DNA of 64,000 bases from Tubulanus polymorphus (Eukaryota > Animalia > Nemertea). The translations under genes and the position numbers were made by a program. Within the stretch, counting starts at the first letter, position 1, and the number at the start of each line of letters is the position of its first letter. The notes under the pieces are model-generated. The model saw only the letters and a list, made by a program, of their open reading frames with translations. It had not been told where the DNA came from and searched no databases. Below are positions 27,024 to 40,596 of this stretch, in pieces. The stretch is from the NCBI RefSeq assembly GCF_964204645.1, contig NC_134031.1:9858001-9922000 (forward strand), given 5' to 3'.

Positions 27024-29178
27024 AATAAGATTAAGCTGTATGTTTCAAATATATAGTAGTTAAAGCATGGAGAAATTAGTTAATGAATAACTGTTAGGTA
27101 GTAAGTTTAATTGTTATTTGATTTGAAACATATAAAAGTTAAATATTTCTAAAATATTAAATATTTATCAATTTATTGATTTTTTTCTTTAAATAAATGG
27201 ATGATTTCAACATACCAACCGGAAGTAGTAATTTGAAGCATTATCTTATAGCAGAAGGGTTAATATTGGCTGCGCTTTACTTGTACTATGAGAATATTTC
27301 AAAAGATCTAATGAATGAAAATATAAAATTTAGCAAGAAATTAAAGAAGTTAAATGGAAACAATCACAGAAAAAATAACAATAAAAAAGTGAATGATTTA
27401 AAAGAATTAGAGGATTAAAACAGCATCTTTTGATTTAATTTATTCTATATATTTTGACTATAAAAATGAGTGAAAATAAGGTATTAGAAATGTTACACCT
27501 TATATATAAAAATCAACAGAATATTAAATCAATTATTATGATTTCAGGTCATTCTCAGTTTATACTATAAAACAGTTGTTAGAAATCTATGATAGCTGTA
27601 AAATTAGATATACACAATTGAAAGATAACAAATTATATTTCAGATAGATTGAATAATATTAAGTGTTGTGAAATATGCAAGAAAAGATATAAAAATAAAA
27701 AGAGTTTGTGAAATCACATGTATATTCATGAATTAGATGAAAAATTATATGAATCAAAATAAGAACTTGACTGTTAAATCAGCTGAAAATTTATTAGTTG
27801 AAATGTATGAAAATGAGTAAATTATATTTATGTTAAAAAGGGGGGTTGAGGTATCAATGTATTAAATACGTATCGATGTATTAAATACGTATTCAATACG
27901 TACAAATACGTATTAATGTATCAAATACGTATTAAATACATATTATGCTTTATCTTCTAAATTTTAGTCACAGAAGTAATTTATGTTTTAATTCATTCAA
28001 ATATGATATTGTGATTCCTTACATTTGACTAGGATAATACAAGAGTGATATTAGTTAGTTGGCTTATTAAATTAGAGAAACAATGAAATAATACTAACAG
28101 TTAAAGTTATTTAATATCTTTTTGAATCTTGTTAAATTCTCTTCAGTCTATTGTTTAACAAGAACAATTTAATTTCCTGTTGAATCTATTTGAATTCTAG
28201 TCAATTCTCGTTAAACAATATACTGAATAGAATTTAACAAGATTCAAAAAGAAATTAAATAACTTTAACTGTTAGTATTATTTCATTGTTTCTCTAATTG
28301 AATACCAACATTTGATGAATTTTCATAGATAATTTGTTTATTATCAAAATTGAAATAATATAATTGTCTTTTTTCAATTCTTAAGTTAATCAAATCATTG
28401 TAATCTTTAGCAAGTATTATATCATCATTTCTTTCATTGAAAGGAGTTTCAAGAATATTCATAATTTTTTCATCTTAAGTTCCTTTATGATTTAAAACAG
28501 TATTAAATATGTTAGGATTTTTGATTCCATTATCTATCAGTTCAATAATTAAATATGCTTCATTTGATAATATTTGATTGATTATAGAAATATTATCAAT
28601 TTTATATTTTCTTCCATACACTAACTTTGTTGCTGAGATATAATTTTTAATGTTAAATAATGAAAATAAGTTATCATTATTCATATTTCTAATATGACTT
28701 TTAGATTTTAAATGTTCTTTATAATATCTTTTATCACTGAATGATTGATTACATGTATCACATTTGTATGTTTCTTTTTCATTCTTTAATTCATCTAATT
28801 TAGTTTCTAATATATCATCTTTATATTTTAAATTTAATTTATTTTCTAAATGTGTTCTAGTTTTATTGTGCCTTGCTTTTTGGGATTTATCTATATTGAT
28901 TTTACACGTTGGACACTAGTACTTCTTATTTGCTTCCATTTTAATACTAAATTTTTTATTAAAATTGATTTTAGAAGTTATTCATTTATATGTTATTCAT
29001 ATATATGAATATTTTAAGAGTAATAGGGATAATAGGGGTTCAGTTTAAAGGTCGAAGGGGCGAGTGGGTAAAAAATGAAAAATAAATTCGAGCGTGCGAG
29101 AATTTTTTTAAATTTTTTTTTATGAGCTCGACCGTTCGACCTTTGGCTTGAACCCCTATTATCCCTATTACTATCGTC

Positions 29179-29200
29179 ATCATCATCATCATTGTCATTG

Positions 29201-29241
<41 letters not shown>

Positions 29242-32040
29242 TTTATTTTCCTTTACAATTTCAGTTACATATAACGCAAAATCATGGATTTATTTCGCAG
29301 TATATATAACAGAAATAGAGAGGAGGGAGCAGTAAAAAGCCGAGGCTTGTATGAAACTGGCCCCTAAACCCATCCCGAAACCCAGTTTTCACAGCCTTAC
29401 GCTGATACGGGCCACATTAAAAAGAATTAAAATGACACTCGGTCTTGCCACCAATTTTTTTCTAATTCTACATTTTTCGTTTTAACGCATCGTTAAAACC
29501 AGATTTTCGTTTTAACGCATCGTTAAAACCTGTTTTTCGTTTTAACGCATCGTTAGAATATTGGGGAGTAACATCTGGGTTATGAATATAGTTTAGTTTT
29601 TCAAAACTGCGATTAGGATCAAAGTTTTGATGAACCTAAGCATGACGCTTCGAAATCTTTGGGTTTGAGTTCTCAATTGTGTGGACTACATAATTTTTGA
29701 GATACTTTTAAAAAAATTGATATTCCGTTATGGAAAAGTACGTCAAATTGTATGAATACATATATGTTTTATGTTATGATACGTGAGGCTACAAACGTTT
29801 GGCTTGCGACTTACGAGTTACATACGCATGCTTGCTTGCTTGCATACATACATACATACATACATACATTCATACATACACACATACGTATATATAGTCA
29901 TGACTATATTTTATGTTATAAAGCGTGGCTGCAAAAGTGGCAAGTTCGCGCGCGCTTAGATGTTAGATGTGGAATCGAAAATCAAGTTTCCAATCCAAGA
30001 GTGGCATTTTGATTTTTGCCTCTTAGTCTTTGAGGCGCCCAGCAGATGTATTCTTAGCAGATGTAATCTTTGACTATTGTTACAACTTCAATATTTTTGT
30101 AATGCTAAGCTCACCAATTGCAAAATATATTCAGTTTGTGATATATCTTCGTTGTATATTGTTGCTTAATTCAGATGTTGATTCTTTCATCAACTAGATG
30201 AGGTGGTACAATGCCCCCACTCTGATGAGTGAACAGCATTTGAGAAAATATGAATAACAACATAGCAGATGTAAATCTAGCCAGCAACGACAAGGAATTT
30301 AATTCAAGAGGGAGAGAGGTAGACGAATCTTGTAGAGAATAATACAAGGCTCTATCACGCTTACGTAATTTTTCAACAAAGCCCCTGGTGGCCGTTTACA
30401 AAGAAATCGCTCGGAATCAATTTACGTAGACCCCCTGGTGGCCACATCTAGAACTTGCAACAAGAATGTCCCCATACTAAGTTTGAAAAACGTTAGTTAA
30501 GAATTAAAGGCTCCATTGATTGGTCACAATTTGATCTACAGCGACCTGATATCATGTCTAGCATTAAAGTCAGTTCACTTTTAATCAGTTCACTTTTCCG
30601 AGAATGAAAATGAAAACTTTGATTTTTCCATCATTATTAATTTTTTTAACGCGGCGTTAAAACGAAAAACTGGTTTTAACGATGCGTTAAAACGAAAAAC
30701 TGGATTTAACGGTGCGGTAAAACGAAAAACTGGTTTAAACGTAGCGTTAAAATTCGTTTTAACGTAGCGTTAAAACGAAAAACTGTTTTCTTTGTTGTGT
30801 GTGTTTCTAATATACAGTGCATAGTGAGGTCCGTGAATGTATCGCAATCAAACTGACAGTGCTATACGCATTGATAGACCGTCAGTAGGAAAGCGGCACA
30901 AACACGTGAATATTGAATACATGTTTGTACACTTACGTATATACAGTCTTGATCGGGTTTTATTTACATTGTCACGATTATGTTTTTGGTAGTTTTTAAT
31001 GAGACCGATGTCAAGAGGCAACTTTCCAGTCACCATTGCGCGTAGATAGACTGAGCTTGCTATCCTAAGGCCAAAAACGGAGGCAGCGTTCCAGCTATCG
31101 CGGCAATGAGACTGCGTTTACAATCAAAACATCAGAAAGAGTAAACTAATGCGTATGTGATGATATAGAGCAAAAGTGGTCAGACAGTTCTATGTGTATT
31201 GATACACCGTCATCCCTGTTCGATCTCAATCAGAACATACCTCAAGTGTCAAAGTCGGGATATGTAGGTGTAAGTAATAAAAAATGGCGTTGGGTTTAAT
31301 TAATAGACTACGCTAATGGTGTCGATTGTGATTCTGTTTACTACGTTCAGTCCGCTTGCGTCCAGGTGTATAAGTACATCGTTAAGAGTCCAAATATGAA
31401 GGCTTTGTTGAAGCATGATTTCTTGGTTTAGGCGATCTATTAGCGAGTTTTTGAAATAAATTATAGTGTTGATGCGGCCAGACTGGTTTTAACGATGCAT
31501 TAAAACGAAGAACTGGTTTTAACGATGCGTTAAAACGAAAAACTGGTTTCAACGAAGAGTTAAAACGAAAAACTGGTTTTTAACGATGCCTTAAAACGAG
31601 AAACTAGTTTTAACGATGCGTTAAAACGAAAAATGTAGAATTAGAAAAAAATTGGTGAAGACCGAGTGTCATTTTAATATCAGCCACCATACATACAGCA
31701 AGCACACAACATATTCACACAACACAATCACATCAAAATCTCTCATACGTATAAATGCATGTTTGAATATAAATTCGAATCCAAATAAAAATTTAATCAT
31801 AAAGGGTCATTATTTCTAATAAGACGAAAGAAAGTAAGTTTTTTATTTTCTTTTAAAAATGTTTAATGATTTCGAAGTTTGAGTTGTTTTATCTAGATTG
31901 TTCCAAATATTGGGTCCTTTAATTTTCAAAGATTGTGATTTTAATACAGTATTAAATCTTCCGGTAGCAATTTGGTTCGCAGAACGTAAATTTCGGTTAT
32001 GTAAATCATAACTTCTTTTAAAGCAATTTATTAAAATATT
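29179..32040 (-). mobile_element. CR1/L2-group LINE 3' remnant with (GAT)n tail, split by a TTAA element
   Basis: 31830-32000 reads ...KIKGPNIWNNLD...SLNIFKRK.KTYFLSSY. The 3' UTR ends AATAAA-(GAT)n at 29179-29247, and the repeat continues at 24808-24821 across the mini-Polinton. Confidence 0.7.
29431..31673. mobile_element. Non-autonomous TTAA-specific DNA transposon (Kolobok-like) with 31-bp palindromic subterminal repeats
   Basis: TTAA|AATGACACTCGGTCTT...AAGACCGAGTGTCATT|TTAA. Arrays of TTTTCGTTTTAACGCATCGTTAAAACCAG at 29475-29556, 30645-30785 and 31483-31632. Confidence 0.8.
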
Positions 32041-32042
32041 GG

Positions 32043-33110
32043 GTCAGGACTAGCCTAAAGTCTAATTCAGTCTATGCACTAATTCACTCGATAGGCCTAT
32101 TTTTAAAACAATACAGTGAAGTATTCACACGCAGAAAGGCTAATTGATTTGAGCCATGCAATCAAATTTTACTCAGGCCTTCTCTGACCTGCTGACATTA
32201 ATAGTCAAACCTAGATCCAAAACGTTCATGTGGTCACTGCTTGTATACCAGAAATCATGGTAGGCCTGTGCATTTTGCTGTACGTAGGTTTGGTATAACG
32301 ATTTCTCCAATCTTGACTGATAAGTGTACTGTACGCATTATACAATTGTACCAATATGAATAGGGCTTATTATTTCCTGCTTTTTTAAGGCTTACGTTCA
32401 TTCAAATATCCAACATCGGTGAAAGTTTGATTACTGTAAACATGTACTGTAGGTTTTCATGTTGTATGAATATTTTGCAGTTCAAATGGGTATGATGCTG
32501 ATTCCAATGTCAAACACATGAAGTTAAAATGCTCAAGGACAGTTATCACCAAGATATCTATATTCGACCGATGTTGCACCATAGAAGATCTGATTCTTTC
32601 AACTCAAGCAAAGTGATTCAACACGATCGACGTAACACTGGAATAGGTTTGCAGTGACTAACAGTTCATTTCATTTAGTCCTATGTACTTTTTGGCCAAT
32701 TTGGATTTGATTGTAATTGAAACTCTGGAACTGTTAACGAGAGACAAGTAAGACAAGTGGAAAAAAATGAACATTAATTTTCTAAGATCAAGAGTGACTC
32801 TCTACCGTTTATTAAGAAACCCACAAAACTAGTAGAATAGGTTTAATATTTACACACATGTTGCAGGTATAAATTGTTTATCAGTATATAATTTGTAATC
32901 GATAAAAGCCGAAATCAACATCGGCCCGAAAGCCAGACCAAATCAATTCATAATTTATTGATTGAATCTACACTACAATATATGTATTTATTCAAATATT
33001 TCAATAAAAACATTAACTTCTTAAATCTATTCTAAATCATAAAACGTTCTTAATTGTGAATTAACTCAATCTATCGACTCAGCAGGTGCTTAAGATGAGT
33101 TCTTAATAAA
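32043..33110 (+). repeat. Unclassified ~1.07-kb repeat; inverted copy at 40135-42322 interrupted by a solo LTR
   Basis: Colinear inverted similarity throughout, e.g. CAGGACTAGCCTAAAGTCTAATTCAGTCTATGCACT. Confidence 0.85.
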
Positions 33111-33119
33111 TATAACAAT

Positions 33120-36100
33120 AATTGTTCCACCTAAAACCCAAATTATTTCATATTTTTGTTGTTCATTGCTTGGTGTATAAAAATCTCATAATTTAGGTTT
33201 ATATAGGTTTAATTTTTCACGATTTGTTACTGATTCATATAAACTCCTTAAAAAGGTTCATCACCTGATTGAAATCTCTATGTGAAATATTTTGATTATT
33301 TAATTCTTTATTAATATAATCCATATAATTTTTTCTTTTTTCCCTTCATTCCTCTGCAGCTTTATTATATTTTTCTAATGCTAAATTATGTATCTTTTTA
33401 CCACTTTTAATCAATATGTTTGAATAAATAACCGCCACATGTAAATGAAAAGCAGAATCCAAGAACATGTCTATCGCACTTTTGAGCCCAAACGTCTACT
33501 TTTACTTAGTAGCCACTATAGAACAATAAGCAATTAACGATATCGGCTACTTTTCCAGTAGTATACATTTCAAAACCGTCACTCTGAAATTGTATTCCTT
33601 TCAATTCAGTTGGTTTTCTATGGTGGCTGTTTCGAAGAGTCGAATATAGAAAAGTGACCATTTTAAAACATCTGGTTTCGATAGTGCACACTAGCAGTAG
33701 AGGTGACTGTAAAACCACCGATCTGTAAACAGTGACTTTGTGATAGTAACTCCTACCCTAACAGCTACTTTCAAAACACATCGTTCCTAAAAGTCAACTA
33801 TTGAAAAGTGACCATTTTGAGATGGCTTGGTAATTTCCTGTTCAAAATAGCAGCATCGGTTAAAGATTTGCAGTGATACGTGAGAGGTTAAAGGGTACCG
33901 TTAAACCCTATATGCTTTGTATACAGAACTCTGTATGCTTTGAATACAGTTCTGTGAATAGAAAATCAAAGTTTTTGAGTTGCTAAGAATCCCCTAATTT
34001 ATATTACGCTCAACAAAATGGCAATATCCAATTGATTTATATAACATCATCATGGATTAAATCCATTAATACTAATACATATTGTGTAGTGCCAGTGCTA
34101 ATTTCAGGGGCGGATCCAGGGGCATGTTTTGACCATGTCGACCAATAAAAAGGGTATATATTGTTAATTTAGGGCGGAAAGGCATATCAGCAAAATTTTT
34201 TTAATTTAACTTCCATTAGAGCTTTCTGAGCATCTCTGAGAGGCATTAAGTCAAGAAACATAGGTTATATATCTAGGAAAAATATCTATTGTGTATCTCG
34301 GGTGGTTAACACGGCAAATTTTGAAAAAGAGAAAAAAAATTAAAAGGCACTTTGAAATTCCGACACGGTGGACACAGTCTAAATCCGCCCCTGAATTTAG
34401 AATTTTAAGATTTTTGTTTTACATTTGCGATTATAAAACATTCTGGTGCGTTCATACATCTTTGATTTTGTAGAAAAGAAAGATAAAAGAATATATTTGT
34501 CTTTTAGGCTTAGTTAGTTTTTAAGGAGAGATGAATATACAAATAAAATCATATGGTTCATAGAATTAATTACGTCCTATTTATCTCATTATCTGGATGA
34601 AGACTACACAAAATATTCCGAAAAAAATGTATCTAAAATACTTAGAATTAACCTTGAATTTATTGTTCATTTCGATACAAACGATTTTTAAGTAATCCAT
34701 GCTATGTTCACTTTGTAACGCTGTTCTCTGCTTGTTCGTTAATGAATATTGAATCATTTTATCGCTTGCTAGAAGTGATTCCCTGATCCAATCTTATTTC
34801 ATAATTATACAGTTTGGTTGAAATGAAATTACAAACTTATTATAAAAGATCCCACGATTAGCGTATAATAGTGCTGTGTTGAGACGTTCACGTAATTTTG
34901 AAATCAGCAATTTCATTGATAGAAAAAAACTTCGTTTGGCTTAAGACGTTAAAGAAATGTGATAGGCTGTAATTTCAGTTTCACATACTTTCCTACTTTT
35001 TTGAGTAAATTGTTTATATAGGTTATAAAATACCCAGAGGCAGCTATCGGTCAGCAGGTCACTCACACTGGCTAACTAGACAGTGATCGATGAACGATTG
35101 AACAAACTGCATTGGCCACCAAAAGACCACGAACCAAAAGTTTTACCTCTGAGTAATAATAAACTTAGCACCGCAATATCTCTATTTGACTTTATTTCAA
35201 GGTGCCAATAAAATAATACGCCAAAATGTACAATGTTTGAACTTCGCTGAATCGATGAACCAATGAATCGCTGAATTATAAGATAATTATCAGTTTTTTC
35301 CAACTTACCTCTTTTTCACAAATTGTCGTAAAATAATAACTGCTAATATGTGGCACCATATTCGCAAATAAAATTCGCTATAAATGCAGACCTATGCTTT
35401 GAAATAGCTGCATTTGTTAGAATTGAATTCTTCATTGAATTATATCGCCATGAAAAGAAGGAAATTTAGATTTATCTTAAAACTACACAACTATTGACAA
35501 TTTGTAAACAAATTTAACTCCAATCTCGACTTTTATTGGGTAGAGTTGGGAATCGCTCATAACATTTCACATCCTCAGAGAGTATCTTCAATATCTTCAG
35601 ATCTTAACTGAGTCACTCTATACCCAAAACTATAGCGTGTCAGTGAGTAGAGTTTTCACTATAGTTTCTGAGTATGTTTATATTGTCACGTATCACTGCA
35701 AATCTGAAGCATGTGTTGCTGCAGTGTATTTATAACAGGGAATCTGGCAAGCAATCTCAAAATGGTTACTTTTCAATAGTTGACTTTTAGGAACGATGTG
35801 TTTTGAGAGTAGCAGTTATGGTAGGAGTTACTATCACAAAGTCACTGTTTACATACGGGTGGTTTTACAGTCATCTCTACGTGTTTAAAAATGGTCACTT
35901 TTCAATAGTAGACTCTTCGAAACAGCCACCATAGAAAACCAACCGAATTGAAAGGAATACTATTCCAGAGTGACTGATTTGAAATGTATACTACTCGAAA
36001 AGTAGCCGATATCGTTAATTGCTTATTGTTCTCAAGTGGCTACTAAGTAAAAGTAGGCGTTTGGGCTCAAAAATGCGATAGACATGTTCTTGGATTCGGC

Positions 36101-36860
36101 CTTTCAAATGCTCAAGCGTTAACAATTGCTGATTCTATAATAGTTATAATTGCAGATACCATTTATTTAACAAAAAAAATTTAACGTCAATTGGAGGAAT
36201 TTATTTTTGTTTTTCTAAATAATCAATTCTTAAATTAGATGAAGTAACTGCTAATGTTAATTTTAAAATATCATTTATATCAAATCTATCAAAATAAACA
36301 TTTCGTATTTTAAATACTTTTTTTAAATATCATTGTATATCCAACAGTTCCAACTGATTATAATGTTCCATTATATAATCCATTTATGATCCACTTCTGA
36401 TACGCCATTTATCTAACAAAAATTACCATCTTCAAAATATTTTTTTAATTTTTATTATTATTATTTCAACATTCATAATATTATTAGTTGAATTTTCATA
36501 TATTTTAGTTATTATTTTTTTAATATCATCAATAATAAAATCTTCATCTAATTGGTAAAATTCTAAAGATTCTCTAATTAAATCATAAATTTTTTCTACA
36601 TTATAAGTTTCTTTATTTATTGTTGTTTCATAATTAAATGTTGTTTCATTATAAAATGTAGTATTTCTAATATGCGTTATTACATCATTAATATCAAATT
36701 TCATTTCTTTTTCACGTTTAAAATCAAATCCAAATTATATGCTCGGTCCAACATTTATATTCATATTTATATAACAAAAAAGTTACTCTTTACATCTTAT
36801 AAAAGATTAATAATTCATAAATTACAGGAAAATTATTTAGATCATTAATATATCCATAAT
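33120..36860 (-). pseudogene. Polinton small-ORF cluster interrupted by Sola-like copy 2
   Basis: AIVNA*AF|TCGGYLFKHID...HNLALEKYNKAAEE is rejoined in frame by removing 33447-36105 plus one AAAT; paralogs at 16260-16620 and 61000-61210. Confidence 0.7.
33447..36105. mobile_element. Non-autonomous long-TIR DNA transposon (Sola-like), copy 2
   Basis: Same TIRs and interior as 10381-12960; TSD AAAT at 33443-33446 and 36106-36109; different flanks. Contains a CAGGGGCGGAT...ATCCGCCCCTG hAT-type MITE at ~34106-34393. Confidence 0.85.
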
Positions 36861-37946
36861 TATTTCTTATTATGTACTTTCGCTTTAGCGAAGTCCATCT
36901 TGTTATACATATGAAACTTTCTTCCTTTGGTACAAAATAATTCCCAAACGAGGCTTAGTTTCTCTTCGGAACGTTTAAAACATACAATGCAGTAATAGAA
37001 GCTCTGACCCTATTGAATTTCATCGGAATCCGTTACTTATTTAACAATTTACTTATTTATTTGTTGTTGGAACTACATTTCGTCTCGGAAGAACGAATGC
37101 CCTTTTACGTATATTCATGCTTCACACACGTGCTCGTCACAGACTCGCTGCTATGTGATGTATCGATCTGTGTATGTATATGACAAGCGCCTCGTGCGTG
37201 GCCTAGTTTAAGTTTTCCTGGAAATTGCAAATGTTTCAACTGCCAAGGCTTCGTCGCGGCTAGCCGTGAAAAGCAGTGAATTTTATAGAAGTGCAGTAAA
37301 ACTGGGAAGTTGGAAATTGTTCAATTTACGTAAATAAATTGTCTTTCAAGCTTCGTACACAGCGTATAGAAATCGTCACACCATGAGTATATTTGAGTGG
37401 GGAAAGCCCGCTACCGTGTATATTCATGAATCGTGAATGCAGTTGTGTGTGATGGAGATCGTATCAATAGACAAATGTTAATGAAAACTTCTGGATTCAA
37501 TCAAGGGGGACATCTTAGGCTTTTTTGATAACTTAATAGTAATTTATAATAGCATAGCTGTCATATACGGCTCCACGTCCTCGGATGGCATGTGTTTTAG
37601 GTGACAATTCAATCCAATTCATTATTGATCCTTATAATTCCCAAATTAAATTTTCCAAAGTTACGCATTTTAAAATGAGAAAATACAACATACAAAACAC
37701 ATGCATAATTCAGAATAACATAAACAAGTTTATTTTAAATGACATTTAGAAATATTGAGTGACAGCCAAATCGGGACCGGGCCAGCTGTAGGCCACACGA
37801 TATGCTCCAAAAGTCAGACATTAGACGAGCTCCCCTCAGCCATGGAGGCAATGAAGTTGCAAACCAGCTTAGAGGCAGAAGTGAATGAAGTCGGACGCAA
37901 GTTATCAATTATTGACAATCTTCAATTTTCAAGAATTTCAAATTTC

Positions 37947-38048
<102 letters not shown>

Positions 38049-38139
38049 TAATGTATTAATTTATATTCATCATTTGCTTCAAAATACCTATCTCCCATGG
38101 CACCACTAATTCCACCTCTCATTGATTTTTCAAACAATA

Positions 38140-39860
38140 ATACCGTATCTGGTTCTTTTATTAAATCTTATTCTACATTTGTATATTTTAAACCACATTG
38201 CCAGGTTAAACCAGGACTTGAATAACAATTACAAGAATCAACATCAAAATGATTTAAATTAATTTCTCTTAATTTTTGAAATATATCAGCCAATATCAAA
38301 ACATCTGATTTTGAATATAAATCTACTAATTCACCATGGTTTTCATCTTAAAATGATTCCAAATATTTATTGTTCTTGTAAAAACTTCATCTTTTATGTG
38401 CTAATTTTTTAATTGATCATAAAATTGTTCTTATAATAATTCTGCTTCTTTAAAATCAGCATGTGTTTTGTAAAATGAATTGGACCTTTATATCTCGATA
38501 ATTTAAAATCTTGTTCATTTGGATGATAATATCGCGTCATTATAAAATCATTATCAACTGAACTTTTTGCTGAGCTATCCAATGAACTTGCTAAAAATCT
38601 ATACGAATCTAAAAATCTAAAGCAACCAATTGAAATAAAATGTTATTTTCAGATGTTTTAGCTAATAGTTTTAAATCATATTATCTCACATTTTCATCAT
38701 TTGTAACATTATATTCTTCTATTTCTTGATTAATTTTCCTGATAATTGTTTTAAACTAAATGAGTATCATATCCTGATAAAATATATTGGTACGAAATTT
38801 ACTTCTTTTGCTTGTTGATTACAATCTTCATGAGCAGCTCGATATTTTTCATTTAAATGATCATGATCTTTAACTTTTTCTCTCAAATAAATCAAAACAA
38901 TAACAACAATGAGTTGCATTATTAAAATCACTTCATCTTCTTTTATCATAACTTTTTTAAATTTTTGTTAAATAATTGTGTAAAATCACTTTCTAATTAT
39001 TCTATTACAAAAATCATTTACTACATTTTCACCTCTAAAAGATATATATTAACTTTTATATGGAATTCAGGATGATTTGATTTTTCATAAATTCCCTATG
39101 CAGCAGCTCTTTGGTGGTATTTTTTGATTGTATTTATAATTAACGGGTCTTGAATTGTATCTTCATTTAATTATTTCCTTTATCCATTGATTTTAATAAT
39201 TGCTTTTTATTGTATATTTCATTCTATCTTGATCGGTTAATTATTTATTCAACGATTCAAAATCCCCATAAATTACAAATGGAACTATATCTTTAAATTT
39301 ATAATTTGTAAATATTAATTTATAATCTTTTTCTGTTTGCATGATTAATTTTTTATATTATTACATAACTCTTTATGTTTTAGTAACGCATCTTCAGTTC
39401 TAAATTTAGATAAAAATTTTCTACATAAATATGTTTTGTTATGACTATTAAAATCACTTTCTGTTCTAACGAGTGAATCTATTTGTTTTAACCACATATA
39501 ATGTTCATTTTGATCTTTGTTATAGTATAATAATTCTATCGAATTCTTATCATCATAATGTTGTGTTGAATATAAAGCTTCTAATGTATAATCTTTAATA
39601 TTTTCACCTCGTGTCTTTGGTAATTGTATTAATTCGAATACATTTATTCTTACATTATCAACTTTTTCTATTTTAGGAATCATTTTTATAGTTACTGGAT
39701 ATTGATCAATTTTATGTGTTTCATATTTCCGATAATCTGTTATTCTACAAAGATTTTCCTGAGTTGAGTGTAAACAAATAATAATTGACAATAGAAAACA
39801 TTTATTATCTTCATTTTGAACATGTATAACTGATTTTGTTGGAAATGGTAATTGAATATG
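38140..39860 (-). pseudogene. pPolB copy C (N-terminal and exonuclease regions)
   Basis: QLPFPTKSVIHVQNEDNKCFL, HYMWLK, YGDFES, KVKDHDHL...YRAAHEDCN, FRFLDSYRFL, YSKSDVLILADIF, SSPGLTWQCGLK. Confidence 0.88.
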
Positions 39861-40596
39861 AGAATATAGCTGCAAAGCAGCGATGACGGGTTTTCTGCAA
39901 AGTCATTCACTAGGATGATGGGAATTCTAGTAAATTGAAATACTGATACATAGAATAAAATGCATTAACAGATTAAAACCTAATATGCAACCACTGTGTA
40001 AACGTCAAATGTGATACAGCTTTGAAACATACGCGGACATACAATCAACAAATATGAATTTATTCGACCAGGCATTTATTTTGGCATTCAAACATCATCC
40101 TGTATTATCACCACGCTTAAAATGGATCTGTCCTATTAAGAACTCATCTTAAGCACCTGCTGAGTCAATAGATTGAGTAAATTTACAGATAAGAACGTAT
40201 TATGATTTGGAATAGATTTAAGAAGTTAATCTTTTTATTGAAATATTTGAATAAATACATATATTGTAGTGTAGATCCAATCAATAAATTATGAATTGCT
40301 TTGGTCTGAGTCTCGACCGAGGTTGATTTCGGCTTTTATGTTTCACAAATTCTATACCGATAAACAATTTATACCTGCAAGATGTGTGTAAATGTCAAAC
40401 CTATTCCACCAGTTGCGTGTGTTTCATTATAAACGAATCAATGATATGCTTTGTAAATATGATGTAATAAAAATAAATTTGAATTTGAATTCGATTTGAA
40501 CAGGAGAATCAAGAATAACTTGTGTTTTTTCCACTTGTCTTACGTTAACAGTTCCAGAGTTTCAATTACAATCAAATCTAAATTGGCTAAAAGTAC

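Larger units (their letters stand above)
24822..29172. mobile_element. Complete non-autonomous mini-Polinton (AG...CT termini, ~875-bp TIRs, 6-bp TSD)
   Basis: TSD ATCGTC at 24816-24821 and 29173-29178. Termini AGTAATAGGGATAATAGGGGTTCA...TGAACCCCTATTATCCCTATTACT. Arms 24822-26832 (minus an insert) and 28297-29172. Its TIR ORF is homologous to the pPolB N-terminus at 54266. Confidence 0.9.

Noticed and set aside
29040-29240. Poly-Met ORF; likewise IY-repeat (37755-38109) and poly-Tyr (52950-53168) ORFs
   Set aside because: Microsatellite translations.
30221-30250. Second hammerhead (CTGATGA...GAAA)
   Set aside because: Helix II and helix I do not pair.
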